NCBI GenBank assembly: GCA_002269645.1
Contig: NIVC01001873.1
Coordinates: 1-64,000, forward strand
DNA: 64,000 nt
Origin: Macrostomum lignano
Taxonomy: Eukaryota
Reading direction: 5' to 3'
Shown here: in pieces, positions 44,982 to 58,040 of the stretch
Layout of the letters: each line of letters begins with the position of its first letter
Numbering within the stretch: the stretch's first letter is position 1
Program-made: the position numbers and the translations under genes
The notes under the pieces: model-generated
Databases searched by the model: none
What the model was told of the DNA's origin: nothing
Seen by the model: only the letters and a program-made list of their open reading frames with translations

Positions 44982-47900
44982 TACTATGCCTCTTTTGCAA
45001 CTTTAGCACTTATAAAATACCCTAGAATAGTCTTCTTAGGACAGCATCCCTTGGATAAAAATATTATTCTTGTGATTGTACCTCTAGCCTCTAGGATAAA
45101 AATACCCTTTGGATAGCACTCAAAAGATAGTGATTATTGCAACTTAGTCATTTCTTTAGTTAAACTTAATTTGTATCTATTTATTCTGTTTTCTCGCTCT
45201 TTGTCTAGTTTAATCTTATCTCTTTTTATATATAAATAAATTTAAATATGATCTTTGATTATAAATCTTTCTTTTGATAGCAAGAAAAGTTGAAAGCAAC
45301 TAGAATAAAGTTTGTTTAGAAAATAAGGCTAACTTTGCTGAATTTATATAAAAATATGATCTTAAAGACTAAGAATAAGTTTGATCATGTAGTACAATGA
45401 TTCTTTATTATACAAACATATAATAGTCCTTTATGTCTATCTTAATAAGAACCTTGTTATATATTGTAGCTTATTTATATTAATATTAATTAAGGCCTAG
45501 CCACATTTGGGATAATATCTCTGGGAATACAAATTTTGCTTGTCAAAGTTTGCTTGCAACAGTTTGCTTACTGAGCTTGACGAAGTTTGGTTGACAAATT
45601 TTGCTTGCCAAAGTTGGCTTGCTGAAGTCTGCTTGCAGAAGTTTGCTTGCTGAAATCTGCTGGCTAAAATTTGCGTGCCAAAATGTACCTCCATGACGAT
45701 TGCTTACTATACTTTGTTTGCAGGATTTTTGCAACACACAATTTAGGACACACAATTTTTAGTTCACAGCAGCATTTCAATTACATTCACTTTGAGTAAC
45801 ACCATAGTTTTCCATATTTTATTAGCTTATGACTTTGCCACAATACTATATTAAAGTAGACAAAATATTCAAATCATTTTTAAATACTTAGGTTATTTTA
45901 ATCTCTTAGAAATGTAATAAAATATTAGTTAGAAGTATAATATGATTGTCAAAAAGTATTCATTATATTTTTTAAGATTGCTACTTCATGTAGTTTTTAA
46001 CTTTTCATGTGCATTTGTTATGCTTATGTTACTTAAATTGCATTAAGCAATCTAAAAATATTGCATAATAGAAAAAAATTGATGTGGTCAGTTAAGTAAT
46101 CTGCAGTTAAATACACTTATATCATAATGAGGATTATGATTATGCTGTTGTAACTCCACATAGTTATCTTTACAATTAAAAATTAATGCAAAAACTTTGT
46201 CAAGCAAAATAGCACAAAAGTATGGCTAGTAAACTTCTATAAGTATCTTTTGGTGAGCAAAATTCCTACAAGCAATCTTTTACAAGCAAGCAAACAACTT
46301 CATACAAGCAAATTTTGGCATGAAGATACTTTGACAAGCTATTTTCCTGCAAGTAATCCTTATAGACCCAATGTCTGTGTCTAAAAAATTCTGGCATATA
46401 GAAGCCTTTTAAGGCCAATACCTTAGCTTAGCATATGTAATATAGATAGCGCAGTTGCTCTTTATAGTCTCAATCATGATGGGTTTACACCCAAACAAAA
46501 ATTTATTAGTTACAATTGCATGCCAAATAAATTGAGTGCATGCTTACATCCTAAATCTAAGCTGGTATTATAACAATAAATGACTTTTTGCATTGCAACA
46601 GTAAATTACCTTTTTTATATTGCGTAAAGGATCCTTTTTTGCTTATAATTTGGTTATTTATCTTTTTGCCTATACTATTTACAGTGGAAAATCAATATGC
46701 AACAATTGTTTAAATGGCTTTTTATAAGCTTAAAAACTAGAAAGCTCAAATTTTGTGTAAAAATAATTTCTTCAATCTTTTTTCTACTTAACACTAACTC
46801 TTCCACATGATTTTATACAGTGCATAGTGCACACTAGGTGTGTACACCTAACTTTTGGTATGCAAGGCCAATGCATGCCCAATTTTTTGGCTTATACTTT
46901 TTGATCCTAAGTGTGACAATTGCTTCTAGCATAGTGATGATACAGCAAAGTGCAAGTTATATAATGTTTAAAATATGACATATTAAATATAAAAAAGAAA
47001 TATATATATAAGAAAAGCCCCTATTCTAATATTACAAGATATTCTAACACTATATATTTTTATAGTTAAGTATACTTCTTATATAAGAGAAAAAAGAACT
47101 TTTTTATTTTAAAATAAATAAAATTTTATTATAGTCTAAGTTTAAGGAAAAAAGGCAACTTGTCTTGAACCATTTGATTTACTTTTAACCTTTACAGCTT
47201 TGTGAGTTCCAATCTCAAGAAATATTAAAGATTGATTATAACATAGGTAATTTGGCTATCTTATAGAATTATTCATTAATTTTTTTGCTTAAATATAATC
47301 CTTTTCTTTTTTAGAATCTAAAAATATAAAACAAGTGAACAAATTAATAGTTTAACAATTAATTTAATACAATGTATTCTACATTGTTTACTCCATCTGC
47401 TATGGGTCCTCAGTTCCAGGGAAGGATAATTAAAATATTGTAGTTGAGCAGTCCTTAATCTTCTATATATAGTATATCATTTTTTGAATTTGCAAAAATG
47501 TTACAGTACTTTGCCAAAACATCGTAAAGCCTTTCTAATATATTAGCGCACAAACTTAAATGTTAGAGATATATCCTAGATAAAATTACCTAGTCATACT
47601 ATTACTTAAATATCAATGTATTATAATGTTACGATTGCAACTATAAAAGCAATTTTGTAGCTAATATATGCTAAACTATTAATTTGTTTAGGCTCTACTT
47701 GTTTTATATTTTTGGATTATAAAAAGAATCAAATTCAAGCAAAAAACTAATAATAAACAATTCTAGATAATACAGCCAATAATTTTTTCAATAAAGACAA
47801 GTTAAATAAAAGAAATATTTTATATAACTGTTGAGATACTAAACTATTGAGATTAAGATACTAAAGTCTAAGAGAAAAGGCAATGAAATAGATTTTTTTA

Positions 47901-48689
47901 ATCTACTTCAAAATATTGTTACCTAATGATGCTGAAAGCTACAGTGCCAGACTCCAGGTTACATAAGCCGAAAAATTTCCTGTATACAAATGACCCCTTT
48001 CAAAGTTAGTATACAAATTTTGGTGGACAAATTGATGCTATGCATGAAAATTGTAATGTAAATTAATGTTTTTATGTAAAATAATAGACAATTTGTATAG
48101 TCTAGAAAGTTAGTGATTAACTTTCTGCTATTTTTTAAAATTAGCCTAATAATAAATAAAAGTAGTATAAATAATTGCTAAGAATGTAAATTTTGCATTA
48201 TTTTTTGTAGGTTTAATTTCAGTTTGCTAAAAATCAAAATATTTATAACATTTTAGACTGGCTTGACCCTTTTATTTTATCTTAGTTTTCTCTTATCTTA
48301 GCTAGGTTAAGACGAATATAAATTGGACTAGAATATAGATGCATGTAATGCATAACCATGTAGCTTTTAACCATTTGTAGGCCCCAGGCCAAGGCCTAGT
48401 CTATGCTTAAGTCAAAGAGGCTTAAAATAAAATGTAGGCTAATATTTCTAATTGTGATAGGCCGGCATTCCTTCGGTTTATGATCATTGAAATTAGTGAC
48501 GATCCCCATTGGAGAGATAGGGAAGATACAAAATTGTTTTATTTATTTCATCAAAATGCAAAAAATAACAGTAGACAAGCATTCCAATCCGTTTTACTTA
48601 TCCATCATAACACTAGCTGCATGTTCAAATGAAAAAAGAAGGTAAAAAGGGTTATAGTGATCCATTTCACAGATCCAAGAATCCAAAGA

Positions 48690-49540
48690 TGATCTTATAT
48701 ATCCACTGTAGTTTACAATCATTTAAACAAAAGCAATACATATAAATGATCGTGAACCGAAGCTAGCATGTGTGTAAGGAGGTTAGTGCATGAATTCAAT
48801 TTCCAAAAATGAATCCAAGAAGATGATCCTATAAATCCACTTTGGTTTACAATCATTTAAATCAAAGAGATACATGTAAATGATTGTGAACCAAAGCTAG
48901 CGTATGTGTATAATAGGGTTTTAGTATTTTACAAGCTCTATCTGAAATTGATCACTATCTCAATACATGGCTAGCGTAGCTTCAGTTTGCAATCATTTAC
49001 ATATATTGCTTACATCTAAATGATCATAAACCAAAGCTAAGGGGGGTGGCAGCATGTAGGGAATAATAAAGCATCAAGTTACTTGGGAACGCACATTAAC
49101 TCAAGATGAAATTTCAATTGCCAACAAGTCCCAGTCAAACAAATAAATATATGTGAAATGTGACTACATGTCTTATCTTTGACACCCCCTCAGCTTTGGT
49201 ACACGATCATTTAAATGGAAGAAATACATGTAAATGATCATGAACCAAAGCTAGCCATGAATTGAGATTGTGATCAATTTCAAATAGAGCTTGTAAAACA
49301 CCAAAACCCTGTTATACACATATGCTAGCTTTGGTTCACAATCATTTACATGTATATCTTCCATTTAAATTATCATAAACCAAAGTAGATATATAGGATC
49401 ATCTTTTTGGATTCATTTTTGGAAATTGAATTCATGTACTAATGGCAATGCCCTTACACACACACTAGCTTCAGTTCACAATCATTTACATGTATTGCTT
49501 CCATTTAAATGATCGTAAACTGAAGTGGATTATAGGATCC
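48690..49540. repeat. Large modular inverted repeat (foldback element)
   Basis: Arms ~48690-49038 and ~49192-49540 are reverse complements, built of a self-palindromic module AGCTTTGGTTCACAATCATTTACATGTA...TTTAAATGATC.TGAACCAAAGCT. Confidence 0.85.
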
Positions 49541-51325
49541 TTGTCATTGCCATGCCATGAAAGAAACCATTTGTCGGCTTTTCCATTTAGTTTTTTCTAA
49601 TGTAACAAATAAGCTCAGTTTAACAATTTTTGTTATTTTAAGCAAGCTATGATCATTTATATGAAAAATTACATGGGGATTGTGAACCAAAATGTGGGTG
49701 GAACAAAGATTGTAAACTGAAAGAATACTGATAGGCCTAGGCCATATAATTTATAAAATGTCTTATTTCAGCTAGGCCTAGGCTAGGCCTACCCTGTACT
49801 GTAGCTGTAGTACAAATCAAATCATTTGGCACTTTATTTGTGGAAGATGGGCCTTACTACTATAAGCCTATCAAGTTATTTTAGACTAGGCCTAAACATA
49901 AGTCTGTTTTGCTTGAATATCCATTGCAATACTAAATTTAAAAGTATGCCTTGAAGTTTGAACTTAATCTATAACTACAAAAATAACTCTGGCTTAAATT
50001 AGGCCTATAAATAGGCCAATTCGAATCGCATCAAATCTATACATCAATGATTAGGCTTATATGCAGCATCATGCATGCTATATTTAATATAGTGTAGTTT
50101 CAAGCATATAAAACTTCTGAAATTGAAAATAATTAAGCTTGTTTAAGAAAATATTATTAAGAAAATAATAACTTGTCTTAGTCCCTTTCAATCATAGACG
50201 ATAGACAAAACTTGATTAAAATATTGAATATCTTTATCTCAGCTTACAGAATTAATTAGCTACATATAAATGTGATTAACAAACGTGGACGAGATTGACG
50301 TTGAGCTCGGGACCGGCTCGGGATAACTGTTTTCATTTTTTTTAAAAACTATAAACACTTTGTTACGTTATTAACGAAAACAATTGTTAGGTTCCATGGC
50401 TCAGACAGAATCAATATAGCTATTTTTGCGGCCCATTTGGGCTTACGCGCATTGAATTTCACCCAAGATACGTTTTCCAATGTAAGGGAGCAAGGCTGGC
50501 ACATCGGCTTTTAATTTGGTCCAACAAGCATCAGTTTGGTCCATAGCTTCTTTTCTAGTACTGTTGCGGAGGAGCAACATCAGCCCCAGAATTTAACCTT
50601 TTAATTTGATAGACTGTCGATTGTCGATTACTGGCTTGTGTAGATTTACTAGGCAGAGGTGAACACTTAAAGGAAAATTAATTGCAAGGTTTCAATGTAA
50701 CCATTCCGGCATAGCGCTGGTACGTCGCCTGCGAAACGGTGGCAATCGTCGTCTAGGCAAGTTGCTGGAGCCTCAGGTCCAACTACTACTCGATGCAATT
50801 GAGAAAAATTCTCTGTTGACGTTGCAGAAAATTTAGCAGAAGTTAAAGGAACAGTTCCAAGTTCGTGAATCAGTTCATATTTTCCAGATGCTGTTGCGCA
50901 CTCGTCAGATGTCAAGGGTGAACTGCCTATATATCTGTTAGAAGGCATGCAGCTTTTCTCCCGAATAAGCTCAGTCATTAAGCGCCCTGCTCACCCAATT
51001 TTTTGCTCATCGATTATCTACATATATGTATTGGCGCAATCGCCGAGTCGACTCTTTACCTGTATTTAATATTCCGGCATGGCAGATGTTAAGCTTAATT
51101 GGGAGAGTCTGCATTACCGATCATTACCCGACGTTTAGCCGGAGGATCCGACTGCTTGGCGCATCAAGTACATGCATGTAATACAACATGCATGCTGCGA
51201 AACTCGATCAGAACAACTCGTGACTGCGCGTGAGCCCTGCCGCGAGAGCTAAATTCACATGTACTTGGTGGTGGTCACCATGCAGCTATGTGCTGGTCTC
51301 ACGCCGAAGCTCCCGACATCCCGCC

Positions 51326-51815
51326 AAGGACCACTAGTTCTCCGACTCTAGCAAAGCAGATAGTGACCAAAGAGTGACTTTCTGACACGAGATTTAATTG
51401 CTTCCACGTGCTTGTGGCGTTCTCATCTCGGTACTCGACCAAAATGTCTCTCATGCTCCAGAGGTTCCTGAGGAGTCGACCGTCGCTTCCAGGGTAGACG
51501 AAGGGAAAAGCGATTTTGCAAGTAAATAGCCGCTGGCACAGGATTTGCTGCAGCTCCTTGTCACTGCACAGGAAGCAGGCGAGCAAAATGTCTGGGGGAT
51601 GAAGTTCCGTTTCCTGTGTTTGTTCAGCGTCCTGATCCTCTGAGTTTTCGTTGAAAGAAGCTCGGTTGGCCATCAGTCCGTGCAGCAGTTTCCACGCTCT
51701 TCTTGTTGAAACGGAAAGTTGACGATCCTGCCTACCTTCTCCTTCTTCTGAATGAGACTGACAGACCTCTGTGATCGGATTATAAATTTTAATAATCATC
51801 GGCGACACGCTGGCT
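51326..51815 (-). pseudogene. Fragment of a URGCP/GVIN1 (very large inducible GTPase) family gene
   Basis: LHPPDILLACFLCSDKELQQILCQRLFTCKIAFPFVYP...LRNLWSMRDILVEY...ICFARVG matches the pre-GTPase conserved block of VLIG/URGCP proteins (recognised from memory). Confidence 0.6.
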
Positions 51816-51819
51816 CCAC

Positions 51820-52690
51820 TACTCTTCATTGTTGTGGTAGACTATATGTTCTTCGCCGATGCCTGCGTGAAGATGATGGCTATGCTCCCGACATCCCGCC
51901 GTCTCTCGCTCTCGCCTATGCTGACGACATTGCCCTTCTGTGTCGCGATCCAGCTGCTGCCCAACAGGCTCTGTCTAGACTCTACGAAGAGGGCACCCGA
52001 GTTGGCTTGGTGATCAACGCATCAAAGACTGAGGTGCTCCACGTGGGCACTGCAACTACCCTTGCGCTAGCTCTTCCAAATGGAGAAGTCGTCAAGGTGT
52101 GCGAGGACTTCCGCTACCTCGGCTCCCTTGTCTTGAGCCCCGACACCATTGTCTCTGACAGGAGGACTCGGGCCTGGCGTGCGGCACGCATGCTCAGGAG
52201 CGTCTTCAATTCAACCGCTCGCGACGACCTAAAGATGCGCCTTTTCCGCACTGTCGTTGAGCCGATTCTCCTATATCGCATGGAGGCTGTGCCAATGACT
52301 GCGACGCGACAGCAAGCCCTGGATGCTCACTACAGGTCGCTGCTCCGCTATGCCCTGGCCGTGCACTACCCTGATACTGTGCCGACTAGGGACCTGATGA
52401 CTCGCGCTGGTGTTCCCGTGCTCAGCTGCACTATCCGTAAACGTCGTAAGATGTTACGTGGCCACTGCCTAAGAAGCCACGGCCGCGGCGACCAAAATCC
52501 TCTGGCGCTGGCTCTCCTGCATCAGCCCACTGAGCGCCTGCGCCGTGGCCAAGGCGAACTGTGACGCTAAATGATACGTTTCTGAATGACTTGCAGGCCA
52601 TCGGGCTCAGCCCCCAGTCCGCCATGACTTGCCCCTCTCGGTTGTTCTGCGAACGCGTCCGCGCAAAGTCTAGCTAGATCTCGATCTTTT
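51820..52690 (+). mobile_element. 5'-truncated RTE-type non-LTR retrotransposon (RT C-terminal part)
   Basis: LFIVVVD.VLRRCL, LAYADDIALL, GLVINASKTE, FRYLGS, LFRTVVEPILLY, LRGHCLR. Confidence 0.92.
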
Positions 52691-53651
52691 TTGTCTGTGC
52701 TACTCTCTGCGTCGCTATATATATACTTGATTCAGATGATGCTCCGCGGGTGGGAGCCGATGAATTAGCCAGCTGCATGCCTTAATGACAAAATACCGTC
52801 ATGGCGATTGTCAAAACCCAACTGCAATTATAGTTTAATCTTCAACATTGTCGATTAGCTATAAGGATGTAAGCTTTTTTTAACTACATAATCCGAATGA
52901 GCGCAGACAAAGGACTTATATATGCTTAGGCAGAATTAAGCATGCAGTTCAACAAAATGAAGGAGGGAATTGTGGCTAATTAAGCTTTCTTGTTTTCGCA
53001 CTCCCAGTAAGGGTCAAAGAGGCCATGGCAGAATCGCGTGACATATGCTACGTACTGCTCTCAGTAGTGAATGTGTTTCACGCGGGTTACAGAGCGTGTC
53101 CATATTGGTGTGGATCAATCGTTCTGATCGTGCTCTCTACTTGCACCAATTAAAAAAGCTAACTAATTTTACACGCAAAATTGATCTCCATTTATTACCT
53201 TGAGTCTGATGATTTATGGCCTAGATTATACTATTGAATTATAGAGGGAACTATATATAGTATTTTTAAAGTTTATTTATGCTTTAAAAATAATTTGTTT
53301 TGGTTTAGGTGACGCGCTTGGCATGAAAAGAATTTCACACAATCGGCCAATGCTGGCGCCAGCGTATAAATATATCAGCGCAGACTTTAGCGCAGGTTCA
53401 GTGAGTAAAATTTATATACGCTCGTAATTATAAGGCTATACATGTATAGGCAAATAATAATTTCCATCCATATGTATATAGATGTACATTCTATATCAGG
53501 TTAAAAGTTTGGTATTAATTATTGACTGTTTTCAGTTCAAATTTAGTGAGCATACATGTACTTCTGGAGATAGCTTGGAAACCTGAAAAAAGTAACGATT
53601 AATGTCAAGATTCCGGAGTTGAAAGTCCTTTATCAAGTCCATTATCATTCC

Positions 53652-55994
53652 TCATTCGTATGGAGGAGGGACATTGTCGGAAAATTGGCCGGCTATGTTG
53701 CCGCAGGGGTGATAGAAACACACGGCGCATGCGTTCCCGGTGTTGGCGTCAACTGCACAGCCAACGCCCAGCTTCTTGGTTGCCCGCCACACCATTTGAG
53801 TGAAGTGACCTGCAGTGAAAATGTTGTTGCGTTTTTTACAAGATCAATACAAATACAAAATTAATAAGTCTTCAAGTTTTTCCTGGTTGTACCGTTGAGT
53901 AAATAAGTCTGAAGACGCAGCAAAAACACCACCCACACGTAAAAGTGCAATAAATGGCAAATAAATCCCAGAAACCACTAGAATTCTCTTGAATAGAAAT
54001 ATAGAAATTAAACGCCTGTAATTATAGCTCCAATTTTTCGCGCCTACTGTTTTTTGTTTTTGCAGTCTGCAGGTTTGTCCTGTTTTACTTAAAATTAAAT
54101 AAAATACAGTTGTGAAAAAAAGAATTTTCTGTAGCAAATTAGGTTGCTAATTGTCGTTGAAGACATGCATGGATGACAAAGCTAGGATTTAGGACAGATT
54201 TCATCCATCTAATTGTACAGGTATACGTTTAGAAGAAAAATGCAAGAAAAATCACCTCCATTAAGTTCGCAACGTGTCTCGTCGCCAAGCCTGGAAAAGT
54301 CGAAACCCTTCATCTCGCTGTACCACTGCCTCGCCAGCTGAGCAGCCGGTCCCAATCCAGGCGGAGCTGGCCGCAGGGCTGTCCAGCTGCCCGGACGCCG
54401 TGCCACGCTCTGGCCTAAACTGCGGGCCTCAGCTGACTCGCATCGGCGAAGCGAATTTCCGTCCAGCAGCAGCTGCTCAGCCCATTTCTGAGCCAGGCTA
54501 TTTAGTGAGTCGGAACGGTGCAGCTCAGGCACCTTGTGCCGCTCTCGCAGTTTGTTGTGCGCCTGGAGCATCTCGGCTGCAAATCTACTGGGCGAGAATC
54601 CGGCGCAGTTGGTGTCTTCGCCGTCATTATCATCGTCATAAGCCTCATGGTGGTGGTGGTGGCGGCTGCCAGTGGGTATAAGCCCCGAGGAATCCTGTAC
54701 TGCAATTTGATCAGTAACTTGGTAGCGACTACCGTCGGGACGCATGAAGGTCACGGTGATAATCAAAGACTTTTCGCCGTTTAGTATTCGCGTTTTTGTG
54801 GATTTTCCGATCTAAAGAAGGATAGTATGAAATCGATTGAAATTATCAGTATCACTTTATGGCAAAAAACTACAAGTCCAACCCATGCACTACCGTTACT
54901 TCAACTATTGCGTTCCTAGTTAAACTAATTACCAAAACTAATTTCAAAGAATCTGATCAGAAGCTGCCAACCTGCCGATCCTGCGAATCCTTTGGCTTGG
55001 GTTCAAATTGCGTCAAATCGCCAAACTCCTGTGATGCTGTGAGTAGAAGACGGCTTGCAGGGTTCGAGTCATCCACCAGCGGTTGATTGGAGCTGAACTC
55101 CTTCGTAGCGGACTGGGACACGTCAGCACCCACTGAAAATCGAGTCATGAATTGGCAGCGTAAAATTTATGTTTAATATTAGGCTGCGTGTCATGTTGCA
55201 GCACGTTTCAACAAAAATAGGTTGATTGTCTATTGCCAAAAACAAGTTTAAATCTCACTTATGTCTTCGTGGCTGGGTATGTTGATCTGTCCGGATAGAG
55301 GCTGCGGGATATTAGCTACCCAGCAGTTCAGCATGTTGCCAGGTGGGAAGTAGTGTCCCACCGCGAACATTTTCCCATCTTCTTCCGACACTGCTTTGCC
55401 AAAGCCAACTTTGCGAGTCGACTTCCATACGACCTGCGAGAAGTGCCCTGAAGTAAGAGAATCGATAAATTAATAAAGACCAGGGCTATTGCTCGCTAAA
55501 ATTTGATCATCCATATCTAACGGATTATCGATTTATTGAGCAGGAAATAATTTTAGAACAAGAGGTGCAATTATGTAATACTCTCAGTAAATTAAAAATA
55601 TATATTATCGTTTTTTAATGTTTCAATCTTCTCGATTTCACTGCTTACCGCATCTGGATTGATTCTCCTTGCCATCGAAGTCGAACATCTCGATCTCCGA
55701 GTACCACTGGGCTGCGGCCTGACTGCCGCGATAGTCGCGACTCCGGAGTGCCATCTTCAAGGCCACGTTCTCACCAAAGTTTCCAGCGGCATTGGGACTG
55801 TGCTTCAGGTAGCCAGCGATAGCCAGCTGCTCCGCCCATTTCTGAGCTTGTCTGGCAAGTTTGGCGGAGAAAACCAGCGGGGGGCAACCGTGCAGCGCTC
55901 GATAGACATTGTGTGCTTCAAGGCACTCTTCGTTGAACTGGCGATCAACCACTGGCGCGGCCACCACCGTCTGCTGATAAATCTGTTGCTCCAT
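53652..55994 (-). CDS. Double-CAP/SCP domain protein (GAPR-1/GLIPR2-like, flatworm group-2 VAL type), 5 exons, 469 aa
   Basis: Exons 55994-55649, 55447-55259, 55132-54972, 54811-54256, 53809-53652; GT-AG, phase-consistent, 1410 nt. Two HN..R..H / WYSE / GHF(S/T)Q.VW / Y.P.GN sets; no signal peptide. Confidence 0.9.
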
Positions 55995-56614
55995 GCAGTT
56001 TTTTCACCTCGTCAGTAGAGCATTCAGCAGAAGCTCTAAAAATGAATGCCTCAGTAAGAAATAATTGGCAAGTCAAAAAAGGCAGAGCGCATCGCTTTGT
56101 ATTTTTTCTCCACCAAAGAGACAGAATTCATGGGTAGGATGGCAAGACAATATGAAATGGCTTGCCGTGTGACTGTGCTTTATGAGCAAGTGCTGTATAG
56201 TCTCGCTGTAGAAGTTGAGCGAATTCGGGGTCGCTTTGCGTTTTAATTCATCTTATGTCTTTGGCGTACGCAAAAATTCACAATTTCTATCCAAAAGCAC
56301 GACTGCATTAGTGGTGTAGCTATACAAGGCAAGAAGGGTTCTGACGTGCCACTGAAGAGAGATAAATTCTTTTCATTTTCTAGAGGACGAATTTCAAGTA
56401 GCTAAGAACTTCACTCATAGTTAGACTAAAAATTGTTGCTATTCCTCTTTTTGTCTCTTTAACTGGTCAAGACACGTTTCCAATTTAAGTTTCTTCTGCA
56501 CTAGAAAGTTGTTTTAGCTCGTAAAACTTGTGCCAATTGTATTGCCCTTCGCTTACATGTAGATGTCAAGATGTAAAAACGAAATTCTATAGTCGAATTG
56601 CTAAGATTTCTAGA

Positions 56615-57144
56615 AAGGCTTGGGGGGAATTACTGATATTTCAAGGCTAATGGAAATTGCTGAGATGTCAAGGCTTGGGGTGGGGGGATTGCTGCAATTT
56701 CAAGGCTTAGGGGGAATTGCTGGGATGTCAACTCTTGGGGGGAATTGCTAAGATGTCAAGGCTTGGGGGGAATTGCTGAGATGTCAGGGCTTCGGTAATT
56801 GCTGAGATGTCAAGGCTTGGGGGAAGTGATGAGATGTCAAGGCTTGGGGGGATTGCTGCGATTTCAAGGCTTGGGGGGAAGTGCTGAGATGTCAACTCTT
56901 GGGGGGAATTGCTAAGATGTCAAGGCTTGGAGGGAATGCTTAGATGTCAAGGCTTGGGGGGAATGCTTAGATATCAAGGCTTGGGGGGAATGCTTAGATG
57001 TCAAGGCTTGGGGGGAATTGCTGAGATGTCAAGGCTTGGGGGAAGTGCTGAGATGTCAAGGCTTGGGGGGAAGTGCTGAGATGTCAAGGCTTCGGGGAAT
57101 TGCTGATGTCGAGGCTTGGAAGGAATTGCTGAGATTTCAAGGCT
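56615..57144. repeat. About 28-bp G-rich minisatellite
   Basis: Unit GTCAAGGCTTGGGGGGAATTGCTGAGAT with variants. Confidence 0.93.
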
Positions 57145-57539
57145 AAGAGAGGTGATTTATAAAACTGAAGAAGGAATGCTTTTAAGAAAATCCGCTTTCA
57201 TTTTAAAGGATTCAAATAAAGAATTTTAGTCCCTTTCGTATTGGCCGCCCCCAATAGGGACACTATAGATGGCTAGTTTATAGAGTCTAAAAACTACGAA
57301 AAACTCGTAAATTCTTATAGTCGAAACAATAGACCACTTTAGTTTTTATCCACATCGTAGAGTAAACGAGTATGTTGTGTAAATGTACATGATTTTTAAG
57401 TGACCAAGCACACAAATGGTGATGGTGACTTAATCAGAGATTTTTCGCAATATAAAATTGAATCGAATCTAATTAATACATGTAAATGTTTCGCTGCACG
57501 TGGATAAAAAACAGCAACTTTGCGAATATACACGTTTAT

Positions 57540-58040
57540 GTAAATATATCATGTAAGGCTTCATTTTCCAGCGGAGAGTCCGCAGGGCGCTAAGATGTCC
57601 GGTGTGTGCAAGTGTCAAGACCTGCTGCCGCAGCAATGAAGGCACGACGATCAAATTACCGCAGAGTAAAATTCCATCGCTTTCTCACAGCAAGGTGTTC
57701 GATTCCTTTAAATTTTCGCTGCGTGCTGATGTGCTGGTACCAATGCTGTGTCTTGATGCTGGTGATGGCAGCCTGGATGTCCATGTCGCTTCCGGTGGCT
57801 TTTTTTAAGTCCTCTAGAGATAGACCACTGGGGACAGCAATTTCGACCATTGCGGTGATTTAGGAGGCTCCAGAGATTCACCGATAGCGCGAGACAGACT
57901 TGTTGACAACGACTGACATCGACATCGCTTAGAAGATCTCACGGGTTCCATCCGCCGGCGCGGTACTCGAGTTTGAACTGAAGATGTTGGATGCGGAGCG
58001 CCATTTGCTCAATTCCCGGCAGCGGCCGTGAACCCGGCTA
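57540..58040 (-). mobile_element. Ty3/Gypsy pol fragment (RNase H end to integrase zinc finger)
   Basis: IEQMALRIQHLQFKLEYRAGGWNP*DLLS; LSLEDLKKATGSD..IQ; IVVPSLLRQQVLTLAHTGH. Confidence 0.75.

Noticed and set aside
50667-50978. Possible continuation of the VLIG/URGCP fragment (HR...NGYIE)
   Set aside because: Similarity is too short and the expected intervening conserved residues are not recognisable.
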